Part shown: positions 1 through 8,607 of the stretch, piece after piece | Numbering within the stretch: position 1 is the stretch's first letter | Layout of the letters: every line of letters begins with the position of its first letter | Origin: Deltaproteobacteria bacterium | Lineage (GTDB): Bacteria; Desulfobacterota; Dissulfuribacteria; Dissulfuribacterales; QOAL01 | Assembly: GCA_027025395.1 (NCBI GenBank) | Contig: JALVQQ010000191.1 | Coordinates: 1-32,792, forward strand | Direction: 5' to 3' | DNA length: 32,792 nucleotides | The notes under the pieces: model-generated | What the model was told of the DNA's origin: nothing | What the model saw: only the letters and a program-made list of their open reading frames with translations | Databases searched by the model: none | Made by a program: the position numbers and the translations under genes

Positions 1-453
1 CAGCAAACCGCTGAAAAACTGATAGTCAATGCCATTGACCTGATTATGCCGGAAGCAGAGGAGAAGGGCATTGAAATCAAGTTCCAGGCCGCCAAAGCGC
101 CTGTAATAATCGAAGCTAACGGATATCTGATAAAAATGGCGCTGATACACTGTCTCCGCAACGCCATAGAGGCATCATCCACAGGCCAGCAAATAGAGGT
201 GAGCACTGAAAGAACGGACGTGGGCGTAATCATACGCATCAAAGACAGGGGCCGCGGCATACCTGAAGATATTATGAAGGCCCTATTCGATTCCTCCTGC
301 GGCATCAAATCAAAACGCAGGGGGCTCGGCCTTGCTGTAGTAAAACAGATTGTGGAAGAACATGGAGGAAGCATCACCATTTCAAGTGCCATACATGCAG
401 GCACGGAGGTTGAAATATTCCTGCCTGCGCATCTGGGAGCCAGCAAGAACTGA
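1..453 (+). CDS. Sensor histidine kinase, C-terminal HATPase_c domain (5' partial)
   Basis: Frame 1 is open from base 1. N box (CLRNAIEA), G1 box (IKDRGRGI), G2 box (GLGLAVVKQIVEEHGG) and terminal GTEVEIFLP are present. Confidence 0.9.
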   Translation, partial: QQTAEKLIVNAIDLIMPEAEEKGIEIKFQAAKAPVIIEANGYLIKMALIHCLRNAIEASSTGQQIEVSTERTDVGVIIRIKDRGRGIPEDIMKALFDSSCGIKSKRRGLGLAVVKQIVEEHGGSITISSAIHAGTEVEIFLPAHLGASKN

Positions 454-464
454 AAAAAACAGCA

Positions 465-2222
465 GTGACCGCAAGAGGCCGATACAGCGCATTCCTTCCA
501 GCAACCAGGCAGGAAATATTGACCCTGGGCTGGGACAGGCCGGACATCATCCTGGTTACCGGTGATGCCTACGTGGATCATCCATCATTTGGGGTGGCAA
601 TAATTGCCCGTTGGCTTGAGGCGCATGGCTACAGAGTGGCGGTGCTGGCCCAGCCCCGGCATTCATCTCCGGACGATTTCATGCAATTCGGCCCGCCGCG
701 CCTCTTCTTTGGCATTACCGCCGGCAACATGGACTCGGTTGTCGCAAACTACACCGGCAATGCAAGGATAAGAAAACACGACCCTTTTTCACCTTATGGC
801 AACCCCTGGTCTGGCGGCCGGCAGGAACGCAAGGCACGCCGCCGCCCGGACCGGGCCTCGATAGTATATGCCAACCTTGCCCGCCAGGCCTACAGGCATG
901 TTCCTGTTGTACTGGGCGGCATCGAGGCATCACTGAGACGTTTTGTTCACTACGATTTCCAGCAGGAAAAGCTGCGCCAGTCCATTCTGGCGGACTCAAA
1001 GGCCGATCTTCTTGTTTATGGCATGGGAGAACGGGCAGTGCTGGAAACCGCGCGCAGGCTTGAGGCAGGCAAGGGCATTGACGGGATAGCAGGCACCTGC
1101 CGGAGGCTGACCGGAAAGCAAATGGCAGCCGCTGCCTCCGGAACCAGGGAGCTTCCGTCCTGGCGCGCCATCAAAGAGGATGTATCACTGTTTCTGAAGG
1201 CTGAAATTACCCTGGACAAGCACGCCAGGGCAGCATCGGACTCTATTCTCGTGCAGAAGCAGGCTGGCTGCACTATCCTTCAGAATCCCCCGGCCCGCCC
1301 GCTTGATACCGAAGAGATGGACCGGGTTTACAGCCTGCCCTTCACCCGCCTTCCGCATCCAGCCTCCGGGCATGTTCCGGCCTGGGAGATGATAAATGGC
1401 TCGGTGACGGCAGTACGGGGCTGTTATGGCAACTGTTCGTTCTGCGCCATTGCCAGGCACCAGGGCACCGTGGTTACAAGCAGGAGCCCGGATGCCATAA
1501 AGGCCGAAGTTCACGATCTTGCCAGGCAGACCTGGTTCACCGGGACAGTAACGGATATCGGTGGTCCCACTGCAAACATGTACGGCACTTACTGCGGCAA
1601 CCCTGCCCCGTGCAAACGGAGAGACTGCCTCTATCCCGCGGCATGCCGGCATCTGAAGAATTCCGGGGAAGAATTCAGACGGCTGCTCAGGGAGGCCGCT
1701 ACAATACCCGGAGTGCGGCACCTGTTCGTATCGTCAGGCCTTCGCATGGACATGCTGGTACATACCCCCGGGCTTCTTGAGGCATTACTGCTCCACCACA
1801 CGTCAGGCATGATGAAAATAGCACCTGAGCATACAGACCGGGAGGTGCTGGAGCTCATGCACAAACCCGGCAGCAGGGAGCTTGAAAAATTTCTTGAATC
1901 CGCAAGATCCATTTGCCGCAAAATCAACAGGCCCTGCGATTTTAATCCCTACCTTATATCAGCCCACCCCGGATGCACACTCTCCCACATGAAAACACTG
2001 GCCAGGGATATCCGAAGGCTCGGACTAAAAGTGCGCCAGTTTCAGGATTTCACCCCGACTCCCGGGACAATCTCAACCGCCATGTATGTGACAGGCCTTC
2101 ACCGGGACACGGGCCACCCCATACCCGTTGCCCGCAACCGCAAGGAGAGAATGGCACAGCGCCGTATCCTTGAAGCGGTTATGCACAGACCCGGCAGAAA
2201 CAGAAAGGGCAGGAAGGCCTGA
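465..2222 (+). CDS. YgiQ/UPF0313 family radical SAM protein
   Basis: N-terminal DIILVTGDAYVDHPSFG, RRPDRA, radical SAM CxxxCxxC (CYGNCSFC), DIGGPTANMYG and QDFTPTPGT motifs typical of YgiQ. Confidence 0.92.
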   Translation: MTARGRYSAFLPATRQEILTLGWDRPDIILVTGDAYVDHPSFGVAIIARWLEAHGYRVAVLAQPRHSSPDDFMQFGPPRLFFGITAGNMDSVVANYTGNARIRKHDPFSPYGNPWSGGRQERKARRRPDRASIVYANLARQAYRHVPVVLGGIEASLRRFVHYDFQQEKLRQSILADSKADLLVYGMGERAVLETARRLEAGKGIDGIAGTCRRLTGKQMAAAASGTRELPSWRAIKEDVSLFLKAEITLDKHARAASDSILVQKQAGCTILQNPPARPLDTEEMDRVYSLPFTRLPHPASGHVPAWEMINGSVTAVRGCYGNCSFCAIARHQGTVVTSRSPDAIKAEVHDLARQTWFTGTVTDIGGPTANMYGTYCGNPAPCKRRDCLYPAACRHLKNSGEEFRRLLREAATIPGVRHLFVSSGLRMDMLVHTPGLLEALLLHHTSGMMKIAPEHTDREVLELMHKPGSRELEKFLESARSICRKINRPCDFNPYLISAHPGCTLSHMKTLARDIRRLGLKVRQFQDFTPTPGTISTAMYVTGLHRDTGHPIPVARNRKERMAQRRILEAVMHRPGRNRKGRKA

Positions 2223-2415
2223 TGACCAATTCGGGCACGTTAAACAAATTGCTTGCTGAAAAGCCCGAAACGAGAATCAGTCCGTCAGGATTTTTTTATC
2301 AGGGAGGATTTCTTTGTGCAGCGCACTCCGGGCAGAAGAAATCAAGATCACCCAGGACACTTGTTTTCACAACAGAATAGAGTGGATGCATTGCTGGCCA
2401 TTTAATGGCCATAAA

Positions 2416-3189
2416 TCATGCGGCACTGAATTTATTGCACAGGGCGTCTGACAGCCTGGCTACCTTGCCGCTTTCATCACCTCCGCCGCCGGATGAAACC
2501 CACTGTCTGACCGCCTCCAGTTTCATCTGGACAACCGTCCTGGCGCCTGCGGCATTGGCGGCAAGCCAGAAGGAAAGATCCATAAAAAAACTGTTCGTGA
2601 ACTGCTGCCGCAGGGCATCATTCATGTCCGAGGAGATCTCATCCACCTTTACGCCAAGCTTCAACAGGGTCTTGCCCGAAGGTCTTTTATGGCCTTTCGC
2701 CACCCTTACCCGATTGCAGTAGGGCACGCTGAAATTCACAATCGCGTCAGGTATGGCAACCCCCGCTTCCGCCCATGCCATGCGGACTCTCTTCTTTGCC
2801 TCCCTGTTTGCGTCCGCCATCCTGGTATAATATTCCTCTGGCCAGAGGCCATAAGTGCGGCAACCCAGAAAACGATGATCATAAATAAGACATAACCCGT
2901 CCCGAAGGAATGGACACTTCATTATCCGGACAGGATTAAGCAGGAAATACTCCGCCATGTTGTGAAGCACCTGGCTTCTCAGCGCCCGGGGCATTTCAAG
3001 GATTGAATAAACAGCGGATACGGCCTCGACAAGGCTCATTTCCGGGAGAAGGGTGCAGCACCTGGCCCTGCCTCCGCAGCTTACAGGTGGAATCCTGTCA
3101 TACACCCTCCAAAGCCTTTCGGCATATTTGCCCCATTCAGCTGAAACATGCACGGGCAGTTCAGTTATTGGCGGTTCAGGCTTTGGCAC
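2416..3189 (-). CDS. YkgJ-like cysteine-cluster (Zn/Fe-S chelating) protein
   Basis: CGGRARCC (variant of CxxCxxCC) ... CPFL ... CLIYDHRFLGCRTYG pattern. Confidence 0.75.
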   Translation of the reverse strand: MPKPEPPITELPVHVSAEWGKYAERLWRVYDRIPPVSCGGRARCCTLLPEMSLVEAVSAVYSILEMPRALRSQVLHNMAEYFLLNPVRIMKCPFLRDGLCLIYDHRFLGCRTYGLWPEEYYTRMADANREAKKRVRMAWAEAGVAIPDAIVNFSVPYCNRVRVAKGHKRPSGKTLLKLGVKVDEISSDMNDALRQQFTNSFFMDLSFWLAANAAGARTVVQMKLEAVRQWVSSGGGGDESGKVARLSDALCNKFSAA

Positions 3190-4123
3190 GGTAGCGTTCC
3201 GGTTTTCGTCTGTCCACCATGAAGTTGCTGCCGTCCATGCTCTTTACCTTTTTCTTCAGCTGGGCCGCGGCAGCCGCTATCTCGCCAAAGTGTTCGTAGC
3301 GGCCGGGAACGCACGGGACTACCGCAATGGACAGGGTAGTCAGCGGGAAACGCATCTCATTGCCCTGCCTGTCCCTTGAGACAAACCCACCGGCATCAAT
3401 ATCTGACTGGTCGAAAAACAGGGGTATCAGGGCAGTAAAATTTCTGATTACTTCTTCACACACGGCCTCGGCCTTGTCCAGAGGAACCACAAAGACAAAA
3501 TCATCACCTCCAACATGCCCTACAAACCCGCCGGCCCCCGCATGCTCCCTCACGACATTTATAAGTATCCGCGAGACCATCCGGATCACCTCGTCACCCC
3601 TTGAAAAGCCGTAACGGTCATTAAATGGCTTGAAGCTGTCTATATCAACATATCCTACCGCAGCGCTTCTGCCTGAATCGATTATCTCCTGGATATTCTT
3701 CAGGATAGAAGTGTTTCCGGGAAGCTGCGTCAGGGGATTGTTGTCCCCGATACGCTTCTTTCTCGCAAGGGCAAGGTCAACCCGGGTTATCAGCTCCTCA
3801 ATGGTTGCCTGGCTGCTTATGAGGTCATCAACCGGATAGAGTTGCCAGTCAATGCCGGTCATGATATCACGCTCCGCAACGATAAGGATAATGGGAAGCA
3901 GGGCGAGCTGCAGGTTATTTTTGAGCGCCTGCACCACCTCGCTGTCAAGATGCATGTGAAGCCCTTTCTGCAGCACAAGAAGATCAGGCGGGTCGGACAG
4001 CACCGTATCAACCGCCCTGGAAACATCGTGCAAAAGGACGGTAACATGCCCCTTGGCCTCGAGGCACATGGCATAGTCCTTCCTATTGAAAAAATCCGGG
4101 GCGATGATAACTATCCTGGCCAT
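3176..4123 (-). CDS. Diguanylate cyclase with N-terminal degenerate receiver domain
   Basis: NPLTQLPGN, DIDSFKPFNDRYGFSRGD and GHVGGDDFV motifs; N-terminal REC-like fold. Start is ATG 4123 or TTG 4135. Confidence 0.88.
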   Translation of the reverse strand: MARIVIIAPDFFNRKDYAMCLEAKGHVTVLLHDVSRAVDTVLSDPPDLLVLQKGLHMHLDSEVVQALKNNLQLALLPIILIVAERDIMTGIDWQLYPVDDLISSQATIEELITRVDLALARKKRIGDNNPLTQLPGNTSILKNIQEIIDSGRSAAVGYVDIDSFKPFNDRYGFSRGDEVIRMVSRILINVVREHAGAGGFVGHVGGDDFVFVVPLDKAEAVCEEVIRNFTALIPLFFDQSDIDAGGFVSRDRQGNEMRFPLTTLSIAVVPCVPGRYEHFGEIAAAAAQLKKKVKSMDGSNFMVDRRKPERYRAKA

Positions 4124-4165
4124 TGGTTTCCGCAAGGCTCCTGCATGTGCAAGGTCATGACAGTA

Positions 4166-5056
4166 TCACGATATGTCAACGGTGAAATTCTGAAGTTCAG
4201 CCAGTTTTTCTTCAAGCTCCATGAGGATTTCCTCCGCTTCCCGCTTTCCGAATTTTATTCTCTCCCATGCCCCGTGATCAAGGGGCGGGACCCAAGGATC
4301 GCCGCCAGAGCCATAACCCACGGCCCGGACAAGAATGTCAGAAAAATGCACAATGGCGGCTATCTTTTTGTGGTCGCCGGCCCTTTCAGGTGTGTGATGG
4401 AACCTTACCGGCAATACCAGGGATTCAGGCAGGTTCCACCTGGAAGCAAGCAGGCCGCCAATTTCTCCATGCCCCATGCCGACAATCTCTTCCTCCACCT
4501 CCCTGACTGAAATCCGCCTTTCCCTGGCGGCGGCAAGGATCCTGTCATATTCTTCAGGGAATTCGGCCCTCATTACTATTTTGCCAAGATCATGTATAAG
4601 CCCGGCGGTGGATACCTCTTCCGGATTCTTTATCCCCCTCCTCCTGGCAATTATTCCTGCCGCCGCCGCGCAGCCAAGGCTGTGTTCAAACAGTTTCACA
4701 TCGGAAGCCTGCATGACCTCAAAGATGGACGAGGTGACTATAAGTGTCTTGATTACATTAAAGCCCAGAAGGACAAGGGCGTTGGGAATGGTGCTGATCC
4801 GCTGGGGAAAACCGAAGAAGGACGAGTTGACCATCTTAAGGAGCTTGGCTGTAAGAACCTGGTCTTTTTCAATTATCTTCCCCAGCCTGGATGCGGTAAC
4901 TTCCTGGTCGTTGACCATCTCATTGAGTTTGGACACAATGGGGGGCAGTGTCGGAAGAGACTGAACATCTTCCATTCTTTTAAGTATGTCTTCTCTTGTC
5001 ATGGGCAGTATAATGGCAGGCATCTTGCCAGTATCACGGCAAATTGCCTGGCGCAA
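4166..5056 (-). CDS. HDOD domain signalling protein
   Basis: LPTLP, IEKDQVLTAKLLKMVNSSFFG, AGLIHDLGK, WNLP and HH motifs. True start probably ATG 5023 or 5002. Confidence 0.9.
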   Translation of the reverse strand: MRQAICRDTGKMPAIILPMTREDILKRMEDVQSLPTLPPIVSKLNEMVNDQEVTASRLGKIIEKDQVLTAKLLKMVNSSFFGFPQRISTIPNALVLLGFNVIKTLIVTSSIFEVMQASDVKLFEHSLGCAAAAGIIARRRGIKNPEEVSTAGLIHDLGKIVMRAEFPEEYDRILAAARERRISVREVEEEIVGMGHGEIGGLLASRWNLPESLVLPVRFHHTPERAGDHKKIAAIVHFSDILVRAVGYGSGGDPWVPPLDHGAWERIKFGKREAEEILMELEEKLAELQNFTVDIS

Positions 5057-5073
5057 ATCGGCATGATCTTTTC

Positions 5074-5421
5074 TTAAAGCTTACCCTGCTTTTCAAGGGC
5101 CTGCAGGGCCTCCTCGCCGCGCTCCTGCAGAATCCACATCCTTGCTATCAATTTCTTGATTGCGCGCAGCACCGGATCTCCCTTCACCCTTGAAAACCGG
5201 CTGTCCAGCTCTTTCAGCCGTTCAGGCAGGCTCTTTTCGCCTGGCAGGGTAACAGGATGGCCCTGGACTGTGAGAACCGCCACACCCTGCTTTTCAAGGC
5301 GGAGAATGAGTTCGGCGGTCAGCTCTGTCCCTGCCCCGCAAAGCACCTGGCCCTCGGGCGTCATGGCCTCCTTTTCGAGTATCATTCCCGCTGCGGCAAA
5401 TTTTATGGGTATTCTCTGCAT
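5074..5421 (-). CDS. Small hypothetical protein resembling the N-terminal module found on many HD-GYP proteins
   Basis: Pattern GMILEKE...EGQVLCGAGTELTAELILRLEKQGV. Tightly packed between gatA and the HDOD gene. Start is ATG 5421, or GTG 5439 overlapping the gatA stop. Confidence 0.65.
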   Translation of the reverse strand: MQRIPIKFAAAGMILEKEAMTPEGQVLCGAGTELTAELILRLEKQGVAVLTVQGHPVTLPGEKSLPERLKELDSRFSRVKGDPVLRAIKKLIARMWILQERGEEALQALEKQGKL

Positions 5422-5435
5422 ACTGGCAAATCCTG

Positions 5436-6880
5436 TCACCCTTCGAGGTCGGGACTGATATTGGCAAAACCTGTTGCAAGCTCCAGGTTGTATGCTGCCC
5501 GCAGGAGTTTTTCTTCCTGAAAGTGATCAGCCATTAACTGCAATCCAACCGGAAGCCTGCCGCCAGCCAGGCCGCAGGGCACGGACATGGCCGGAATACC
5601 GGCAAGATTCACCGGTATTGTGAATATGTCAGACAGGTACATCTGGAGCGGATCATCCACCTTGTCCCCTATCCTGAATGCAGGGGTTGGGGCCACCGGG
5701 GCGGCAAGCACATCACATCCTTCTTCGATAAAGGCGTTCTTGAAATCTCTTGTTATAAGGGTTCGCACCTGGGATGCCTTTCGGTAAAAGGCGTCATAAT
5801 ATCCTGCGGAGAGGCAGTATGTGCCTATCATGATGCGGCGTTTGACCTCGTCGCCGAAACCTTCGGTGCGCGTGGCCTGGTACATCTCCATGAGGCTTGA
5901 ATAGTCGCTGGCCCTGAATCCGTACTTTACGCCATCATAACGGGAAAGATTGGAGGAGGCCTCGGCAGGGGCTATGATATAGTAGGTGGCCACTGCATAC
6001 TGGGTATGAGGAAGCGAGACTTCCCTTATCTCTGCGCCCTGGCCTGCAAGCGCCTCGATTCCGCCACGCACCAGTTTTTCAACCTCGGGATCAAGCCCTT
6101 CAATGAAATACTCGGACGGCACCCCCACGGTAAGGCCTTTCATGCCCTTGACCAGGCTTTCGGTGTACCTTGGCACCGGCACGTCAGCCGAGGTCGAATC
6201 CCTGGGATCATGGCCCGATATTGCTTCAAGCAGGATGGCGCAGTCCCTGACATCCCGGGTAAGGGGCCCTATCTGGTCAAGAGATGAGGCAAAAGCCACA
6301 AGACCGAAACGGGATACCCTGCCGTATGTGGGCTTCATTCCCACCACGCCGCAGTGAGACGCTGGCTGCCTGATGGAGCCGCCGGTGTCTGAACCAAGGG
6401 ATGCAACACATATCCTGGCTGCCACCGCCGCGGCTGAGCCGCCGCTGGAGCCGCCGGGAATACGATCAAGGTCCCAGGGATTTCTCGTCTTCATGAATGC
6501 GGAATTCTCGGTGGAAGAGCCCATTGCAAACTCGTCCATGTTCAGTTTGCCAAGCATGACCGCCCCCTGGCTGTAGAGGGGACAAAATTCTCAAGCATGC
6601 GTGAAGCACAGGTGGTGCGCACACCCCTTGTACAGATAAGGTCCTTGATTCCAAGGGGTATGCCGGAGAGCGCCGTGGCCCTGCCCTTGCCGATTTCCCG
6701 CTCAGCCTGCTCCGCCATGTTGAGCGCGGCATCCCCGGTAACGGTAATATATGAATTTACCTTCCTGTCAACCGTGCTGATTCTTTCAAGATAAGCTTTC
6801 ACAAGCTCCCGCACCGAGACATCGCCAGCATGCAGCGGCTCCTGAAGCTCATGAAGTGTCAGGCCGGTGAGATTATCCAT
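5436..6880 (-). pseudogene. gatA: Asp-tRNA(Asn)/Glu-tRNA(Gln) amidotransferase subunit A, frameshifted by an internal deletion near 6578
   Basis: ORF 6542..6880 gives the GatA N-terminus (GIPLGIKDLICT...[13 protein letters not shown]). ORF 5436..6557 gives [33 protein letters not shown] and [10 protein letters not shown]. The frames differ and the conserved PYDATV segment is absent. Could be an assembly artefact. Confidence 0.9.
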
Positions 6881-6973
6881 TGTTGATCACCTTTTTAACT
6901 GATTTTCGATATCGGTCTCCGGCACCTGAAATTACGTTAAATATGCGCATAAAACCGGATTAACCATGCCGTT

Positions 6974-7261
6974 TCATATAATCCTCGGAACAATAAAGGC
7001 GCCATCCTCTTCCTCCGGGGCATTGGATACCGCATCCTCTACCCGCAGTGACGGTTTTGCAATGTCCTGTCTGAAGACGTTTGTTACATGAAGCGCATGA
7101 GTCGTGGGCTCAACTCCCTCTGTATCAAGCTCTTCAAGCTTGGCCACATAACCAAGTATATCATTGAGCTGGTCCGCAAAGGCCTCCAGTTTTTCATCAG
7201 TAAAGCTGAGCCTGGCAAGCTGCGCCACATGTTTCAATTCTTCAATGGTTATCCTTGACAC
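6974..7261 (-). CDS. gatC: Asp-tRNA(Asn)/Glu-tRNA(Gln) amidotransferase subunit C
   Basis: ITIEELKHVAQLARL...ILGYVAKLEELDTEGVEPT...NAPEEEDGAFIVPRII. GTG start at 7261 is preceded by a GGGGAG SD (95 aa); directly upstream of gatA. Confidence 0.95.
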   Translation of the reverse strand: MSRITIEELKHVAQLARLSFTDEKLEAFADQLNDILGYVAKLEELDTEGVEPTTHALHVTNVFRQDIAKPSLRVEDAVSNAPEEEDGAFIVPRII

Positions 7262-7773
7262 TTGAAAATACTCCCCTATATTGCCTTGTACTGTCCGCTC
7301 CAGACGGTCTGTCAAACTCTGGCCAGAGAGTGCTCTGCCGGAGCAGTCCAGATCATTCGCCTCTCCTTTCACGGACAGGCTGAAGGCGTGAAGACAAAAA
7401 CTCCGCCTGCAAGCCTCTTAATAACATTAATACAACAAACAGGCATGCCCAACAACGAAAATAAGGCCTTTCGGGCATCAACACGGCCAAGCATGCCCGC
7501 AAGCATGTCAAACCGGCAGGCGCGCACTACACATTCCTGCTGAACCGGCATCTTGCACGGCTTCACCAGCCCTGCAGGCAGAAATTGTATATACATACAC
7601 CTCGCACGCCCTTTCTCTGCCGGAAGCTGCCTGCGGCTTTACAGGCGCCATCTCTTCCGAACCTATATACAATCAGCGCGCAAGGTATATCAACATATCG
7701 CCTTTTAAAGCCATCATGCCGCAACAGCCTGCTATGGAGTGCACAGCATCATTTTACGTTTGTTATTTATCTG

Positions 7774-7790
7774 TTTGACACAGGTCACAA
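7774..7790. promoter_or_regulatory. CRP/FNR-family (HcpR-like) operator candidate overlapping a TTGACA -35 hexamer
   Basis: TTTGA-CACAGG-TCACAA is one mismatch from TGTGA-N6-TCACA and lies in the AT-rich part of the divergent gatC/HTH intergenic region. Confidence 0.45.
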
Positions 7791-8089
7791 TATGGTTTAA
7801 TTATTATATATGATTGCGCATGATTGATAGAGTGGTTGACAACTTCCTGACAAATCATCGCCACTTCCCTGTATCTGCTTGCGGCATGCACGAAAATATG
7901 GCGCAGTATCACAATAGCACTTCGGTTGACCACCCTAAAGATACGGTACCTGCCGAGCTGACAAGCAGTTATGGCCAAGCACCCTGTTTGCCGAAACAAT
8001 TTGGCCACCCGGCCGCCCCGGGGAAGAATTTGTTTTATTCATACTTGCAACACCCATAAAGCCATTACACATCTACAAGGAGATATGTC

Positions 8090-8368
8090 ATGAGAAACAA
8101 GAGAAGCAGGCCCTATAATGAAGAGGATGTCGCCTTTGTACACCAGAACTATGCCGAAATGACTGCCGCACAGATTGCGGATGAGCTCGGCATCAGCAAA
8201 TTCCAGGTGGCAAAAATAGTTACCGAGCTGCGCAAGGCCGGGGTGGATTTGCCAAAGAAGACCGCAAAAAGGGCAAATCCGGTGGAGCTCTACATCAAGA
8301 AGAACAAGATACCCACAAAAAGCGCCCCTGCCGCAAGGAAGACGGGAGGAAGAAAAAAGAAGGCGTAA
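8090..8368 (+). CDS. Small HTH DNA-binding protein with Lys/Ala-rich tail
   Basis: Strong SD AAGGAGA, HTH MTAAQIADELGISKFQVAKIVTELRK and basic tail TKSAPAARKTGGRKKKA. Confidence 0.85.
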   Translation: MRNKRSRPYNEEDVAFVHQNYAEMTAAQIADELGISKFQVAKIVTELRKAGVDLPKKTAKRANPVELYIKKNKIPTKSAPAARKTGGRKKKA

Positions 8369-8380
8369 AAAGAGCAGCAG

Positions 8381-8422
8381 GGTTCAGGCAACAACAGAGG
8401 CAGGTTGCGTATTGCCTGAACC
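8381..8422. repeat. Inverted repeat/hairpin downstream of the HTH gene
   Basis: GGTTCAGGCAA...TTGCCTGAACC (11 bp perfect) with an inner CAAC/GTTG pair. No U-tract; lies between convergent genes. Confidence 0.5.
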
Positions 8423-8607
8423 GGCCAGATGCGGCAGGTGCTGACATCGCCTTCAGTGCTTAACGCACCTGCCGCGGCTCCCGGGCAGCCTTCCGCCAAA
8501 ACCTTCCTGGAAATTCCACGTTTTTATCACCCTGTGATACCCGCCTTTTGTCCATGTCAAAACGCAACGCCAAGGCAGAAAAGCCTGCCCGCTGCGGCAA
8601 AGCCGCA

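Noticed and set aside
2220-2225. Other TGA stops as selenocysteine candidates (radical SAM, TetR, MCP, fadL, kinase)
   Set aside because: These proteins are complete at the stop (tandem TGA TGA for the radical SAM gene) and show no homologous in-frame continuation.
6570-6590. Programmed -1 frameshift in gatA
   Set aside because: No X XXY YYZ slippery heptamer, and conserved residues are physically missing, so frameshifting would not restore the protein.
7310-7370. Glycine riboswitch (GGAGAG...CUCUCUGG) or T-box upstream of gatC
   Set aside because: Lacks the conserved CCGAAG/GCAA core of glycine aptamers and the T-box UGGnACCGCG motif; kept only as an unclassified structured leader.
6974-7372. 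Extended N-termini in the ORF track (gatC 7372, fadL 13666, tetR 18481, porin 21899)
   Set aside because: Internal starts have better SDs, signal peptides or family-typical lengths.
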